From the IMG/VR virus record IMGVR_UViG_3300025012_000085, positions 924 to 64,923 of that record: a stretch of 64,000 nt of DNA; one strand, given 5' to 3'. Numbering within the stretch: the stretch's first letter is position 1; each line of letters opens with the position of its first letter. Positions 1 through 9,264 of the stretch are shown piece by piece. Both the position numbers and the translations under genes were made by a program. The notes under the pieces were generated by a model that saw nothing but the letters and a program-made list of their open reading frames with translations, had not been told where the DNA came from and did no database searches. The DNA is from a virus (taxonomy: Duplodnaviria > Caudoviricetes).

Positions 1-1
1 A

Positions 2-274
2 TCAGGGAATATAACTCCTGACCTTGAAGGAACTACTACCGGTAAGACGGGTACTGAGTGGAAGAACTATGCCATAGTAGGGCCGGGAACTAATGCTCCT
101 GCCACCAATGCTGGAGGGTATGCCCTGACTGGTTATAGATTGACGTACACCTCTCATGGCAAGAAATATTACGCTCCTATTTATGCCGACCAGTTGCCCG
201 CGGGTGTTGTTCCGGCCGGATCGACAAAAATTGGGACAAGGGATGATGGGATACCTCAGTACAAGAATGTTTAA
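2..274 (+). CDS. 5'-truncated ORF, probable virion/ejection protein
   Basis: Open frame from the window edge (SGNITPDLEGTTTGK...YKNV*) ending at TAA 272-274, directly before the RBS of the next gene; G/T/P-rich like its neighbours. Confidence 0.55.
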   Translation, partial: SGNITPDLEGTTTGKTGTEWKNYAIVGPGTNAPATNAGGYALTGYRLTYTSHGKKYYAPIYADQLPAGVVPAGSTKIGTRDDGIPQYKNV

Positions 275-280
275 GGAAGG

Positions 281-943
281 ATGATTAGTATGCCTACGAT
301 TGATCCAAATAGGCCAGGATACTACACGGACGGAACACCTATACCAGGGGCTCCCGGACAAGCTCCTCAAGCAGGGTATCCTATCGGAACGAATATAAGT
401 GGCTCTGCTCCTGCTCAAGATCCTGCTGTAGCTCAAAGGGCTGACGAGATAAGGAGTGTATCTGGAAATGTACAGCCTATTAGTAGGCCGGGAAATCCTT
501 ATAATACTCAGGGGTCTAAGGTGACTCATATAACTGCTGACAATAAGACGGTTGATAGCGGAAGAGGGGCTTACGATTATTACGGGGTTCCTACCTTAGC
601 GTCAAGGGCGCAAGGTAACGAGCAGTATGAGTTTCAAGAGAAGTTGAAGCAGTGGGAGAAGGAATTTGAGGAAATGAAGAGGCAGAACAAGTTCGGGAAT
701 GCGGTGTCTGCTGCAGAAATAACTAGGTGGGCACCGAGCGCCATAACTGATATGTATCCTGGGTGGTCAAATGGTGGTAGCCAATCCAGAAATACTAATA
801 CCGCTAATCAAGCTACTCTTCCTGCGACTATCGCAAATCTATACCCAGGAGCAACTAATGTTGTTCGGGATGCAAGTGGAGGATATACCTTCACTTCTGC
901 TTCAGGAGTAAGGCAGCGTTATTATGGTGGTATGATTTCGTGA
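281..943 (+). CDS. putative internal virion (ejection) protein
   Basis: 220 aa, G/P/A/Q-rich low complexity with a short coiled coil (EFQEKLKQWEKEFEEMKRQ); podovirus ejectosome position. Confidence 0.5.
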   Translation: MISMPTIDPNRPGYYTDGTPIPGAPGQAPQAGYPIGTNISGSAPAQDPAVAQRADEIRSVSGNVQPISRPGNPYNTQGSKVTHITADNKTVDSGRGAYDYYGVPTLASRAQGNEQYEFQEKLKQWEKEFEEMKRQNKFGNAVSAAEITRWAPSAITDMYPGWSNGGSQSRNTNTANQATLPATIANLYPGATNVVRDASGGYTFTSASGVRQRYYGGMIS

Positions 944-969
944 TTACTACCGGAAAGGGGCTGATATAA

Positions 970-1836
970 TTGGTGGTTTATGCGTTACAAACTGATATGG
1001 ACAGGAATCAAGGGAAAGGTGTCCAACTGTTTATACCCGGCCAGACAAAACTTAATGAAGATGATGTGTTTTTAGGAGGGCCGGGAACTGGAGTAACTGA
1101 CGATATGCTGGGCGGAGGCACCCGAATATTTGGTGATGATGCCAATGGCACAGTTAAGGCCTTTGACTCTTTTCAGAAAAGCAACCAATCGCCATTCGAG
1201 ACAAACGATATAGCAGCACAAATAAAGGCTGTAACAGCCGCCAATAGTGCTCCCCGTTCAGACTCATACATGGGGATGCCGACGGGTGCTAGGTTGGATA
1301 TGGAACAGAAGCAAATTCAGGATGCAGTAACAAATGCCTATAACCAGAACAAATTCACTTACGATAAAGGTCAAGATGCAATATCCAATAAGTACAAGCA
1401 GGACACTCTCGACCACACCGTTAGTCAAGATAATTTCTCCAACGAATACGACGTTGGTAGGATGATGGGAAATTACAAGGGGCAGGATACTTATGAGAAG
1501 ACTGCTGATGCGATTAAGAATGCTCAGTTTGATGCAGAGATGGGGTACAGGTATAATGCGCTGGCTGCTAGTCAGGCTAGGTCAAGTGGTGGGGGTAGTC
1601 CTAGTGTTAGCGAATTAAATTACCAAGACAAGCAAAATTCGCAACAGGTAACAGCGCAAGCCATGTCCAAGCTGCAAGAAAAAGCTAATCTTGGATGGAC
1701 GAGGGATCAGGTTCTTAATTGGATGTACTCCAATTCCAACGCGTTTATGAGTGCTGGCGTAGATATGGATAATCTAGCGAAGTTGGCAAGCTCGGCGTAC
1801 ACATGGAACGGCGATGACGAATCTCGGTATAAGTAA
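970..1836 (+). CDS. putative internal virion (ejection) protein
   Basis: 288 aa, Q/N/A-rich helical, directly upstream of the 1405-aa gene. Confidence 0.5.
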   Translation: MVVYALQTDMDRNQGKGVQLFIPGQTKLNEDDVFLGGPGTGVTDDMLGGGTRIFGDDANGTVKAFDSFQKSNQSPFETNDIAAQIKAVTAANSAPRSDSYMGMPTGARLDMEQKQIQDAVTNAYNQNKFTYDKGQDAISNKYKQDTLDHTVSQDNFSNEYDVGRMMGNYKGQDTYEKTADAIKNAQFDAEMGYRYNALAASQARSSGGGSPSVSELNYQDKQNSQQVTAQAMSKLQEKANLGWTRDQVLNWMYSNSNAFMSAGVDMDNLAKLASSAYTWNGDDESRYK

Positions 1837-1848
1837 GGCGGTGATAAT

Positions 1849-4800
1849 ATGGCGAATATATTCGATTACTTAGACGAGGAAGACGAAGGGAATAAATCAA
1901 TAAGCGTTATCACCCCTACTGCTGGAAATAGCTCGTCCGGTGGAAACATATTTGATTTCCTGGACGAGCTTCCGGATACCACAACGCCCACTACTCGACG
2001 TGAACCTCTAATCAGTATGGATAATTTGCGTTCGTCTCATGCGTCAACCGATGCACCAATTCAGCAAGACGAGCCAAACTACAAGGCAGCATGGATAAAG
2101 GGAACGCTCGGTTCGTTAGCTGGCCGGGCGTTAACCCCTTTGGCTGAAAAGATAACAGGGAAGGAGGTAGATTTATCGACCCTTCCTGAGCAGAAAACAC
2201 TGGGGGAGGAAGCAGTATCCTTTGCCGGGAACATGGGGTCAGACTTGCCCCTCTGGCTGTCCGGGGATGCTGTATTAGCTAAACCTTTGGCGGCATTGTC
2301 TAAAACTGCACCGATTGCAAAGGCTACCAGTTTTCTTCCTAAAGCGTTAACTCCTGCACTATCTACCGGAGTGAGGGCCGGAGCTACCTATGGAGGGGTT
2401 ATTGCTCCTGTTGAAACCGCAATGGAGGGCGATGGGTTACAGGGATTAATTGAGAGGGAAAAGAAAGTTCCTGTAATGGCGTTAGGCGGCTCGTTGCTTC
2501 ATGGCGGTGGTCAATTAGCTGGAAAGGGTATCGGTGAAGTGGGTAACATCCTTGCTGACCGTAGACTTGGACAAATAGCTCAACCATTAGATGAGGCTGT
2601 GCAAAATGCCTTTAAGAAACCTTCTCTTCGCGATGCGAAAACTCAGCAGTATGAGAATATCTTCGCTGATACGTCGAAGCCGATAACTACAGAACAACCC
2701 GTAAATATTAGACAACCTCTCTCAAGCCAAGGCTTAACCGATGCCGAATTAATTTCACAAAAGCAATCTGACTACCAAAGCGTTTTCGGAGATCCATTAA
2801 ACAACTACAAAATAAAACAAACCATAAAGCCTGGTCAACGAGCACATGAAGTTAGGCAAGCTGAGCTAGAAAGCACATTCAAGGATCTTCCTATAGGCTC
2901 CACGGAAACCCCTGCGACTCTCAATACCTTGCAGGGTAACATCGACAAGAGTTTAGGGATTAACAACCCTACCGGTTCATACGATGGGCTAGAAGCGTTT
3001 ATGAAGTCTGGAGAGTCTATGAAATTTAACCTGACCGCAAATGAGCAAAAGGCGTTTAATGAGCTAGAACAAGGGATTAAAGATGCTCAAGAATTCCTCG
3101 GAAGCGACAAGCTTATCAATGAATTCTCTGGCTCGAATTTTACTAAAGAAGCTCAGTTCGATAACATCAAACACTACACAGGCATTGACCTACCTAAACT
3201 TATTACCAATTGGGAGAAATCTCAGATTAAACCCAAATCCTCATTAACGCCTGAAACATTGAGAATGGGTAGGGCGGCAGGGGTAATACCGCCACTTAAG
3301 CCAAGGGAATACCTCCAATCAACCGTCGAGCAGCAACCACAAAGAATGGGGCTTTCTGGTAATCTTCCTGTTGATAATCCACCACCGATAAGGCCTAACA
3401 TCTCGCTTAAACCGAGAGAGCTAAAGGGGCCTCAAACAATGGAGTCGATTCCAACGGAGAGGATATTACCCGAGCGACCAGAACCGTTGACTTGGACTAA
3501 TAGAGAGGGGATACCTTCGGTTAGTAATGCCGATCCCATTCGCGCTCAGTTAAGGGATGCTCCTGCTAAAATCCCAACACTTGGGGATTCTGTTGCGCCG
3601 ATCGGGGAACCTATTAATTCTTTGGGCAATAGAAGTGCTGCGACTTCGATAGAGAGTCCTACGTCTACGATGAGGCTTAAAGGGCCGGATACCGTTAAGG
3701 ATTTCCCCCAAGGTGATATTCCTGCTGGCCTAAAGGAACGGGGGGTATCGGAAAATATCAGAACTGATGCTAACCGTCCTGATGCGTTGAGGGATAGTTA
3801 TTCCGTCGACCCTTTAGTTTATAAACAACTAGGAAACAAGGAAACCTTAGCCAAAGCGCAGAGCATCTTTGACAAAGGACTTGAACCTGCAATTTCTGAG
3901 CTAGATACCTTAATCAAAGATCTCAAGCCAGAAGCCGCGCCATTGGTTAAGATGTTGGCTGACAAATTGACGAACGAAGGAAATGTTGTAAGAGCGAGGG
4001 AATTAATGTCCAACGCTGCTAACCGGGCTACTGAATCCGGCCAATTCGGACAGGCATTTAGAATACTGAGGGATGCTGACCCTGAAACATTCCTGATGAG
4101 CTTTGACAAGATGTTAAAGAAGCTCAATAAGGAAGGGCTAGATACCTATGGTAAGAAGTGGAAAGAAGTTGACTTGACTCCTGATGAACTGACTATGGTT
4201 GGAAATATTGAGCGTGGAAATCAAGCATCTTATGATTCTGCTTTTGAGCAGATACAGGCAAGGATAGCTGACGAAATGCCAGCAACCTCAATGGAGAAGA
4301 TTAACGCTTGGCGTCATATATCGATGCTTTTAAATGTGAAATCAAATGTTCGTAACGTCGGCGGCAATGCGATTATGATGGCGATGAGAAAGGCGGCACA
4401 AAGAACATCCGGTGTAATTCAGAAGACATTCCTTAAGGAATCAGATAGGACTCAATCAGTTCTAGTCAATAAGGAATATAAGGATTTGGCAAAGGAGTAT
4501 TTTTCGTCCAATAGCAAGGAGTTACTAGGTGGAGAAAATAAATTCCAAGAGGGAATAAGCTTGAACATGCCCGACAAGAGGGTATTTAGAAAGAGCCGTA
4601 TTGGTGAAGTATTGGGCAAGGACGTTGATATTCTCGAAAAGACTCGTAAATTCAACTATGCCTTACTGCAAAAAGGTGATACTCCGTTCTTTCGTAAAGC
4701 ATACGAGGATCGCCTTGCTTCATATGCTCAGGCAAAAAAGATAAAGGACTTCTCCGAATTACCGCAAGAAGCCTTTGATATTGCGAAAAAAGAAGCCATG

Positions 4801-6066
4801 GAGGCCACGTATAAAGACAGTAGTATTATCGCTGATTTCCTCAACAAAGCAAAACGTCCTGATAAAGACGCAGGGATAGCAAGAAAGGCCGGGGCGGTAT
4901 TAACGGAGGCTGTTATTCCATTTGCAAAGACTCCCCTAAACGTGTTAAAGCGTGGCTTACAATTTTCGCCTATCGGGGTGGCTAACGGGCTAGGGAGTAT
5001 AAAATCTTCCAAGGGTGCCGCGGCCGCAATTGACGAACTTGCTAAGGGATTAACGGGAACGAGTGTATTGGGTCTAGGGTATTTACTGGCTAGTAAAGGC
5101 GTGTTAACTGGTAAGGTTTCCAAGGATGCCGACGTGAGGGCTTACGATAGCAGTACTGGGCATTCTCCATTTTCCGTGATGGGGAAATACAGCTTCGACT
5201 GGGGGGCTCCTTTGTCAATCCCACTGTCTGTAGGTGTTCAGATTTATAATGCGGTCAAGGATAATCCAGAAGATAAGGCCAAAATGGATAGCGTTGTGCA
5301 AGGTAATAACCTTGACAAGCTAGGTAAATTGGCGGCCAATGCATCTGAGGCTATACTGGATGGAATGAACGCATCTGGAGATACCGTCTTTAATATGTCT
5401 GTATTTAAGGGAGTTAAGTTATTACTTGGGAGTCAGCAAGGGGTAATGGAGGGACTTTCTCAACTTCCACAAAACTATGCTACCCAATTTATCCCTACGG
5501 CACTGAATCAGATAGCAGGTTCAGTTGATCCCCTTGTTAGGCAAGCATATGTTAAAGGTGATATACCTCAATCGTTTAAAAATGCATTGATATCCAGAGT
5601 TCCATTGGCAAGTAAAAAGCTACCAGCCAAGCAAACCCCATTCGGCGAAGATGTGAAGAAAATCGAGAATCCAATCGGCAGGGCATTCTCTCAATTTCTT
5701 AGCCCTGGTATTATTACTAAGGATCAAGGCATTGACCCAAAAATTGATGCTGAGTTAAGAAGATTGAACGATGTAGAGGGGCTTAAAACTCAATTTCCAA
5801 CGATGGTCCCTAATTATATTGAGAAAACGCAAACTCATCCAAGGATCACATTGACCCCCGAAGAAGCTATCCAGTATCAAAAACGTGTGGGAGAATTAAC
5901 TTTAAATTCTTTCAAGAAGATCATGAATAATAGCTCATACGTTGGTGCCAGAAAGACGAAGTTGCAATCACCGGATGAAGTGAAGGCAAAATTACTAGCA
6001 GATGCAATATCTGAATCGAAAGCATTAGCAAAGAAGGAAATATTAAAAGGCAAGGGACTAAAATAA
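1849..6066 (+). CDS. large internal virion / DNA-ejection protein
   Basis: 1405 aa; Gly/Ala hydrophobic helices near the N-terminus, Pro-rich linker, helical C-terminal half with a PFAKTPLN motif typical of large podovirus core proteins; last gene of the structural operon. Confidence 0.6.
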   Translation: MANIFDYLDEEDEGNKSISVITPTAGNSSSGGNIFDFLDELPDTTTPTTRREPLISMDNLRSSHASTDAPIQQDEPNYKAAWIKGTLGSLAGRALTPLAEKITGKEVDLSTLPEQKTLGEEAVSFAGNMGSDLPLWLSGDAVLAKPLAALSKTAPIAKATSFLPKALTPALSTGVRAGATYGGVIAPVETAMEGDGLQGLIEREKKVPVMALGGSLLHGGGQLAGKGIGEVGNILADRRLGQIAQPLDEAVQNAFKKPSLRDAKTQQYENIFADTSKPITTEQPVNIRQPLSSQGLTDAELISQKQSDYQSVFGDPLNNYKIKQTIKPGQRAHEVRQAELESTFKDLPIGSTETPATLNTLQGNIDKSLGINNPTGSYDGLEAFMKSGESMKFNLTANEQKAFNELEQGIKDAQEFLGSDKLINEFSGSNFTKEAQFDNIKHYTGIDLPKLITNWEKSQIKPKSSLTPETLRMGRAAGVIPPLKPREYLQSTVEQQPQRMGLSGNLPVDNPPPIRPNISLKPRELKGPQTMESIPTERILPERPEPLTWTNREGIPSVSNADPIRAQLRDAPAKIPTLGDSVAPIGEPINSLGNRSAATSIESPTSTMRLKGPDTVKDFPQGDIPAGLKERGVSENIRTDANRPDALRDSYSVDPLVYKQLGNKETLAKAQSIFDKGLEPAISELDTLIKDLKPEAAPLVKMLADKLTNEGNVVRARELMSNAANRATESGQFGQAFRILRDADPETFLMSFDKMLKKLNKEGLDTYGKKWKEVDLTPDELTMVGNIERGNQASYDSAFEQIQARIADEMPATSMEKINAWRHISMLLNVKSNVRNVGGNAIMMAMRKAAQRTSGVIQKTFLKESDRTQSVLVNKEYKDLAKEYFSSNSKELLGGENKFQEGISLNMPDKRVFRKSRIGEVLGKDVDILEKTRKFNYALLQKGDTPFFRKAYEDRLASYAQAKKIKDFSELPQEAFDIAKKEAMEATYKDSSIIADFLNKAKRPDKDAGIARKAGAVLTEAVIPFAKTPLNVLKRGLQFSPIGVANGLGSIKSSKGAAAAIDELAKGLTGTSVLGLGYLLASKGVLTGKVSKDADVRAYDSSTGHSPFSVMGKYSFDWGAPLSIPLSVGVQIYNAVKDNPEDKAKMDSVVQGNNLDKLGKLAANASEAILDGMNASGDTVFNMSVFKGVKLLLGSQQGVMEGLSQLPQNYATQFIPTALNQIAGSVDPLVRQAYVKGDIPQSFKNALISRVPLASKKLPAKQTPFGEDVKKIENPIGRAFSQFLSPGIITKDQGIDPKIDAELRRLNDVEGLKTQFPTMVPNYIEKTQTHPRITLTPEEAIQYQKRVGELTLNSFKKIMNNSSYVGARKTKLQSPDEVKAKLLADAISESKALAKKEILKGKGLK

Positions 6067-6090
6067 ATAGCCCTTGCCTAATTTTCCTTT
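6048..6090. terminator. intrinsic terminator between convergent genes
   Basis: aggcaaggg(6048-6056)/cccttgcct(6071-6079) with flanking A/T runs. Confidence 0.6.
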
Positions 6091-6094
6091 ATTA

Positions 6095-6337
6095 TCATTT
6101 TGGTATACGGCTTTTCTTGGAGTAGTGATCTCTAATAAAATCACCCATATTCGCTAATATCCCGGTAGTCGCAAGCGTTCCGAATACAATTATGGGTATA
6201 ATGGCTAACAAACTCGACCCACCATCCGCGATATAACTTACGGAGAAAAGAAATATTACAAAAAATATAAATATTCCTATTTCCTCAACGTCTTGTCGAA
6301 AAATCTTCATTTCATTTTCCGTCTCCTTTCTTGACAA
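6095..6337 (-). CDS. small two-TM membrane protein (moron, possible superinfection exclusion)
   Basis: Two hydrophobic segments, AT-rich, opposite strand; true start may be a downstream ATG. Confidence 0.45.
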   Translation of the reverse strand: MSRKETENEMKIFRQDVEEIGIFIFFVIFLFSVSYIADGGSSLLAIIPIIVFGTLATTGILANMGDFIRDHYSKKSRIPK

Positions 6338-6359
6338 ATGTCTAGCGTAGGCTTACAAT
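6331..6359 (+). promoter_or_regulatory. sigmaA-type promoter
   Basis: TTGACA(6331-6336)-17 bp-TACAAT(6354-6359). Confidence 0.7.
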
Positions 6360-6400
6360 GACATCGTAAGGTTATTACAGACTATGTTAGGAGATGGGAA

Positions 6401-6577
6401 ATGGACGAGGATGAGATTTTGACAAAAGAGGAACTTTCTAAACTATTGAAGGTTGGTATTCGAACTATCGATAGGATGCGCGACGAGGGTATGCCATATT
6501 TCAAAATTGGCACCGCGGTCCGTTTCCGCAAGGAGAAAGTCTTGCAATGGATTGAGGGGAATCAGTCTAAGAATTAA
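6401..6577 (+). CDS. excisionase-like HTH_17 DNA-binding protein (58 aa, not in ORF track)
   Basis: MDEDEILTKEELSKLLKVGIRTIDRMRDEGMPYFKIGTAVRFRKEKVLQWI; RBS aggag. Confidence 0.8.
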   Translation: MDEDEILTKEELSKLLKVGIRTIDRMRDEGMPYFKIGTAVRFRKEKVLQWIEGNQSKN

Positions 6578-6580
6578 ATC

Positions 6581-6690
6581 AGGAAGTCTGCTCCACGACT
6601 AAGAGTTACAGACTTCCTCACGAAAACAGCCCTCCGAAAAGGAACGTCTCACTCATCATATTAACAGGGATTCTTCTTTCGGGCAAGGGC
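6581..6690 (+). promoter_or_regulatory. structured leader / antisense-RNA attenuator
   Basis: Hairpin aggaagtctg/cagacttcct, second pairing gccct-ccgaaaaggaa/ttctttcgg-agggc, antisense -10 (tatgat) inside; same layout as 19965-20087. Confidence 0.5.
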
Positions 6691-6711
6691 AAAATAAAGG
6701 AGGATTTTGCC

Positions 6712-6882
6712 ATGGATTTTCCAGAAACAATCACAATGGATGGAGAAGTAAAGTTAGTTTCGCCGTATGACATGAAAGGCCATTTTAAGTGGGTGGTTAC
6801 TCAAGATGTTGTCTTAGTGGATCAAAGCTATTTAAGTGAACTTTTCTCCTACATACCGCCGGGGGTGGTTGCTTGTGTGTGA
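6712..6882 (+). CDS. 56-aa small protein, paralog of 20138-20251
   Basis: Strong RBS aaggagg; MDFPETITMDGEVKLVSPYDMKGHFKWVVTQDVVLVDQSYLSELFSY; stop overlaps the HNH start. Confidence 0.6.
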   Translation: MDFPETITMDGEVKLVSPYDMKGHFKWVVTQDVVLVDQSYLSELFSYIPPGVVACV

Positions 6883-7792
6883 AATTAAGACGTGCAGTCG
6901 GTGTGGGAGAAATTTGCCAGCAGACAGGCTTCATTTTTATGTATCAAAAGGAACCAGGGGTGGGTTATATTCTTCTTGTCGAGAGTGTGGAGGGCGTGAG
7001 TTCCTAAAGCCTGAACCATTTATAAAAGATGGTCATAAGATATGCACCAAGTGCAAGCGAGAGCTTCCGGCCACCACATATTACTTTAGCAAGGATAAGG
7101 AATGCAGATTTGGCGTTTGCTCTATATGCAAGGAGTGTCGAGGGTATAAATTCATGGAGGTTATGAAGGTGGTTGATGGATACAAAGAGTGTATCGTATG
7201 CCACAAGAAACTACCCTTCACTAGAGAGTATTTTTATAGCACCGGCTATACTTTAAGGGCAGATTGCAAGGAATGCGCTAGCAAGCAATCAAAAACGAAA
7301 TATGATGAAAATAATCAACATAAGAGGCAATACGCAAGGGATTGGTATCAAAAGCATTGTTCCAACAATAAGGAATATTTAGCAAAAGCAGTTATTAGGA
7401 GTACGCAGTATTCCATTGCTAATCGCCATCGTCAAAGTTATAAGACATCGTTAGCACTAAGGTCCCAAAGAAGAAGGGCGCTGGCGCATGACTTGCCAAG
7501 CACATTAACGGTTGAACAATGGAACTCCATCAAGGAACACTTTGCCCACAAATGTGCTTATTGTGGCAAGGATAAAAACCTTACTTACGACCACTTTATT
7601 CCCTTAAAGAAAGGGGGTGGATTCACATATAATAATGTGATACCTGCTTGTAGGAATTGCAATAGTCAAAAGAGTGCGAAAGATTTTACTTCGTGGTTCA
7701 GGGGATTCAAGCACTACTCCCCCGAACGAGAAGCAAAAATCCTTTCCTACCTCGGTTATGTCAACGGCATCCAACAGCTCTCCCTAGTGTAA
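6875..7792 (+). CDS. HNH endonuclease with tandem CxxC zinc-finger repeats and C-terminal clamp-binding-like motif
   Basis: Three KxCxxC...F...CxxC repeats; CAYCG...DHFIPL...N...CRNCN; ends QQLSLV; GTG start at 6875 chosen for translational coupling. Confidence 0.85.
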   Translation: MCEIKTCSRCGRNLPADRLHFYVSKGTRGGLYSSCRECGGREFLKPEPFIKDGHKICTKCKRELPATTYYFSKDKECRFGVCSICKECRGYKFMEVMKVVDGYKECIVCHKKLPFTREYFYSTGYTLRADCKECASKQSKTKYDENNQHKRQYARDWYQKHCSNNKEYLAKAVIRSTQYSIANRHRQSYKTSLALRSQRRRALAHDLPSTLTVEQWNSIKEHFAHKCAYCGKDKNLTYDHFIPLKKGGGFTYNNVIPACRNCNSQKSAKDFTSWFRGFKHYSPEREAKILSYLGYVNGIQQLSLV

Positions 7793-7826
7793 ACAAAAGA
7801 GCAGGGTTTATTACCTGCTCTTTTGT
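7793..7826. terminator. bidirectional intrinsic terminator
   Basis: acaaaagagcagg/cctgctcttttgt perfect inverted repeat. Confidence 0.75.
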
Positions 7827-7904
7827 CCCACTTCTAAGTATTTATAGTTTTTTAACTCCCCTTGATGGCAAACAAAAACCCGGCATTACACCGGGCTAAA
7901 TGTC

Positions 7905-8282
7905 TTACCTGCCATTATAATAGTAAGTATTCCCGATCCAGTAGCCTGTTCCGGTACTACCGTTGCTGTCGCGGTAATAATCATAGCTGCCCACTCTGGT
8001 TCTTGTACTATAATCTCCGTTACTGTAGTTAGTGTAATAGCTGTTGCCTATATTGCTGCTAGTAGAGTTTAGTCCGTTGTTCCAGTTTGTGTAGTTGTAG
8101 TTGCCTACTCTGGAACTGGTAGACGATAGGCCATTATCCCAATTGGTGTAGTAACTGTTGCCGACGCTATAGCCGGTTCCGGTATTGCCGCCGTAATCAT
8201 AGTAGGTGTAGGCACAAGCTGGCGCGGCGAAAGCCATAAGCATTAAACCTGCAAGTAGCAACGCTAAAAATCTTTTCTTCAT
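7905..8282 (-). CDS. secreted Tyr/Asn/Gly/Ser-rich repeat protein (moron)
   Basis: Signal peptide MKKRFLALLLAGLMLMAFAAPACA, then about five 19-aa repeats; RBS aaggagg; upstream TGgTATGAT. Confidence 0.75.
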   Translation of the reverse strand: MKKRFLALLLAGLMLMAFAAPACAYTYYDYGGNTGTGYSVGNSYYTNWDNGLSSTSSRVGNYNYTNWNNGLNSTSSNIGNSYYTNYSNGDYSTRTRVGSYDYYRDSNGSTGTGYWIGNTYYYNGR

Positions 8283-8452
8283 TTTTCCTTCCTCCTTTCG
8301 TGAAAAATTATTCATTTATTCACCTCCTCTAAATTTTCTCATAATCATACCATTTGTCTCTTGCAAAATTTACTGTAATTTGTTGCAAAATAATAAAATC
8401 ACTTTACAGTAATTGTCTTTGCGTAAATCGACATCCGTGGTACACTATTAAA

Positions 8453-8542
8453 ACTAAGGCTTGGCTAAACTGATCATTTAGCGACGCACGCTCCTTGTCC
8501 GAGCAGCCTTAGTATTACTGGACAAATCCCAATGACAAGGGG
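8453..8542 (+). ncRNA. structured leader RNA, copy C
   Basis: After TGgTACACT; P1 actaaggct/agccttagt, P2 with palindromic loop tgatca, P3 loop cttgtcc complementary to downstream ggacaa and gacaagg. Confidence 0.55.
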
Positions 8543-8620
8543 TGCTGATATATCGCACCTAAAAAGACAGGTATCGAATTGATGCCTGTCTTTTCCTATT
8601 CCCAAAAGGAGGGTGCAACT

Positions 8621-9025
8621 ATGTGGGTTAAGCTATGCAACTGGCTCAAAGAAAAAGAACGACTTCCACCGGACAACCACAACGAAAGCACTAAACTATG
8701 GAGCAAGGGCTACAGAAAAGCATTTCAAGAGACAAGCGAGTATGTAGCAGACATTAAACCAAATAAACCGCTAATCATCGGCGTATTAACCGTAGTCCTT
8801 TTGTCTATGTCCTTCCTCGCCCTTTACATCGAATACTCCAAAATAAATATAAATTCTGCAAGCATTGAGTCTTTAGAATCTCTTCCTGACATCGGCCCAG
8901 TATTAGCAAGGAGAATCGTTGAAGGTAGGCCTTATGAAGACGTTTGGGCACTGGATCGGGTTAGCGGGATAGGCCCAGAAACCATAAAGGCAATCGAGGA
9001 TAAAGTTAAAACGAGGGGGTTGTAA
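8621..9025 (+). CDS. membrane-anchored ComEA-like helix-hairpin-helix DNA-binding protein
   Basis: One TM helix followed by INSASIESLESLPDIGPVLARRIV...RPY...LDRVSGIGPETI (HhH_3 pattern). Confidence 0.8.
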   Translation: MWVKLCNWLKEKERLPPDNHNESTKLWSKGYRKAFQETSEYVADIKPNKPLIIGVLTVVLLSMSFLALYIEYSKININSASIESLESLPDIGPVLARRIVEGRPYEDVWALDRVSGIGPETIKAIEDKVKTRGL

Positions 9026-9026
9026 T

Positions 9027-9254
9027 TTGGAAAGTTTGATAAAGTACGGAATTGATAACAATATTATCTTCCTATCCCTGTTTGTATTGTCAATAGGTGG
9101 ATTATCATGGCTTATTAAATGGATACTCCAGACCAATGATGAGAGGGAAGGACGATATATTACGACAATCGAAAAACTATCCGACAACCTAGAGGTTATC
9201 AAGGATGTCCAAACGTCTGTTGAGAGAATCGAGAGAAAGTTAGAGGCTAGATAG
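9027..9254 (+). CDS. BhlA/UviB-family holin-like protein
   Basis: One TM, then W.L.TNDEREGRY..TIEKLSD.L coiled coil; precedes the endolysin. Confidence 0.75.
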   Translation: MESLIKYGIDNNIIFLSLFVLSIGGLSWLIKWILQTNDEREGRYITTIEKLSDNLEVIKDVQTSVERIERKLEAR

Positions 9255-9264
9255 GAGGGCAATT

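Noticed and set aside
2-529. 175-aa minus-strand ORF (and many similar antisense ORFs in the track)
   Set aside because: Shadow of plus-strand virion genes; no RBS or recognisable motifs
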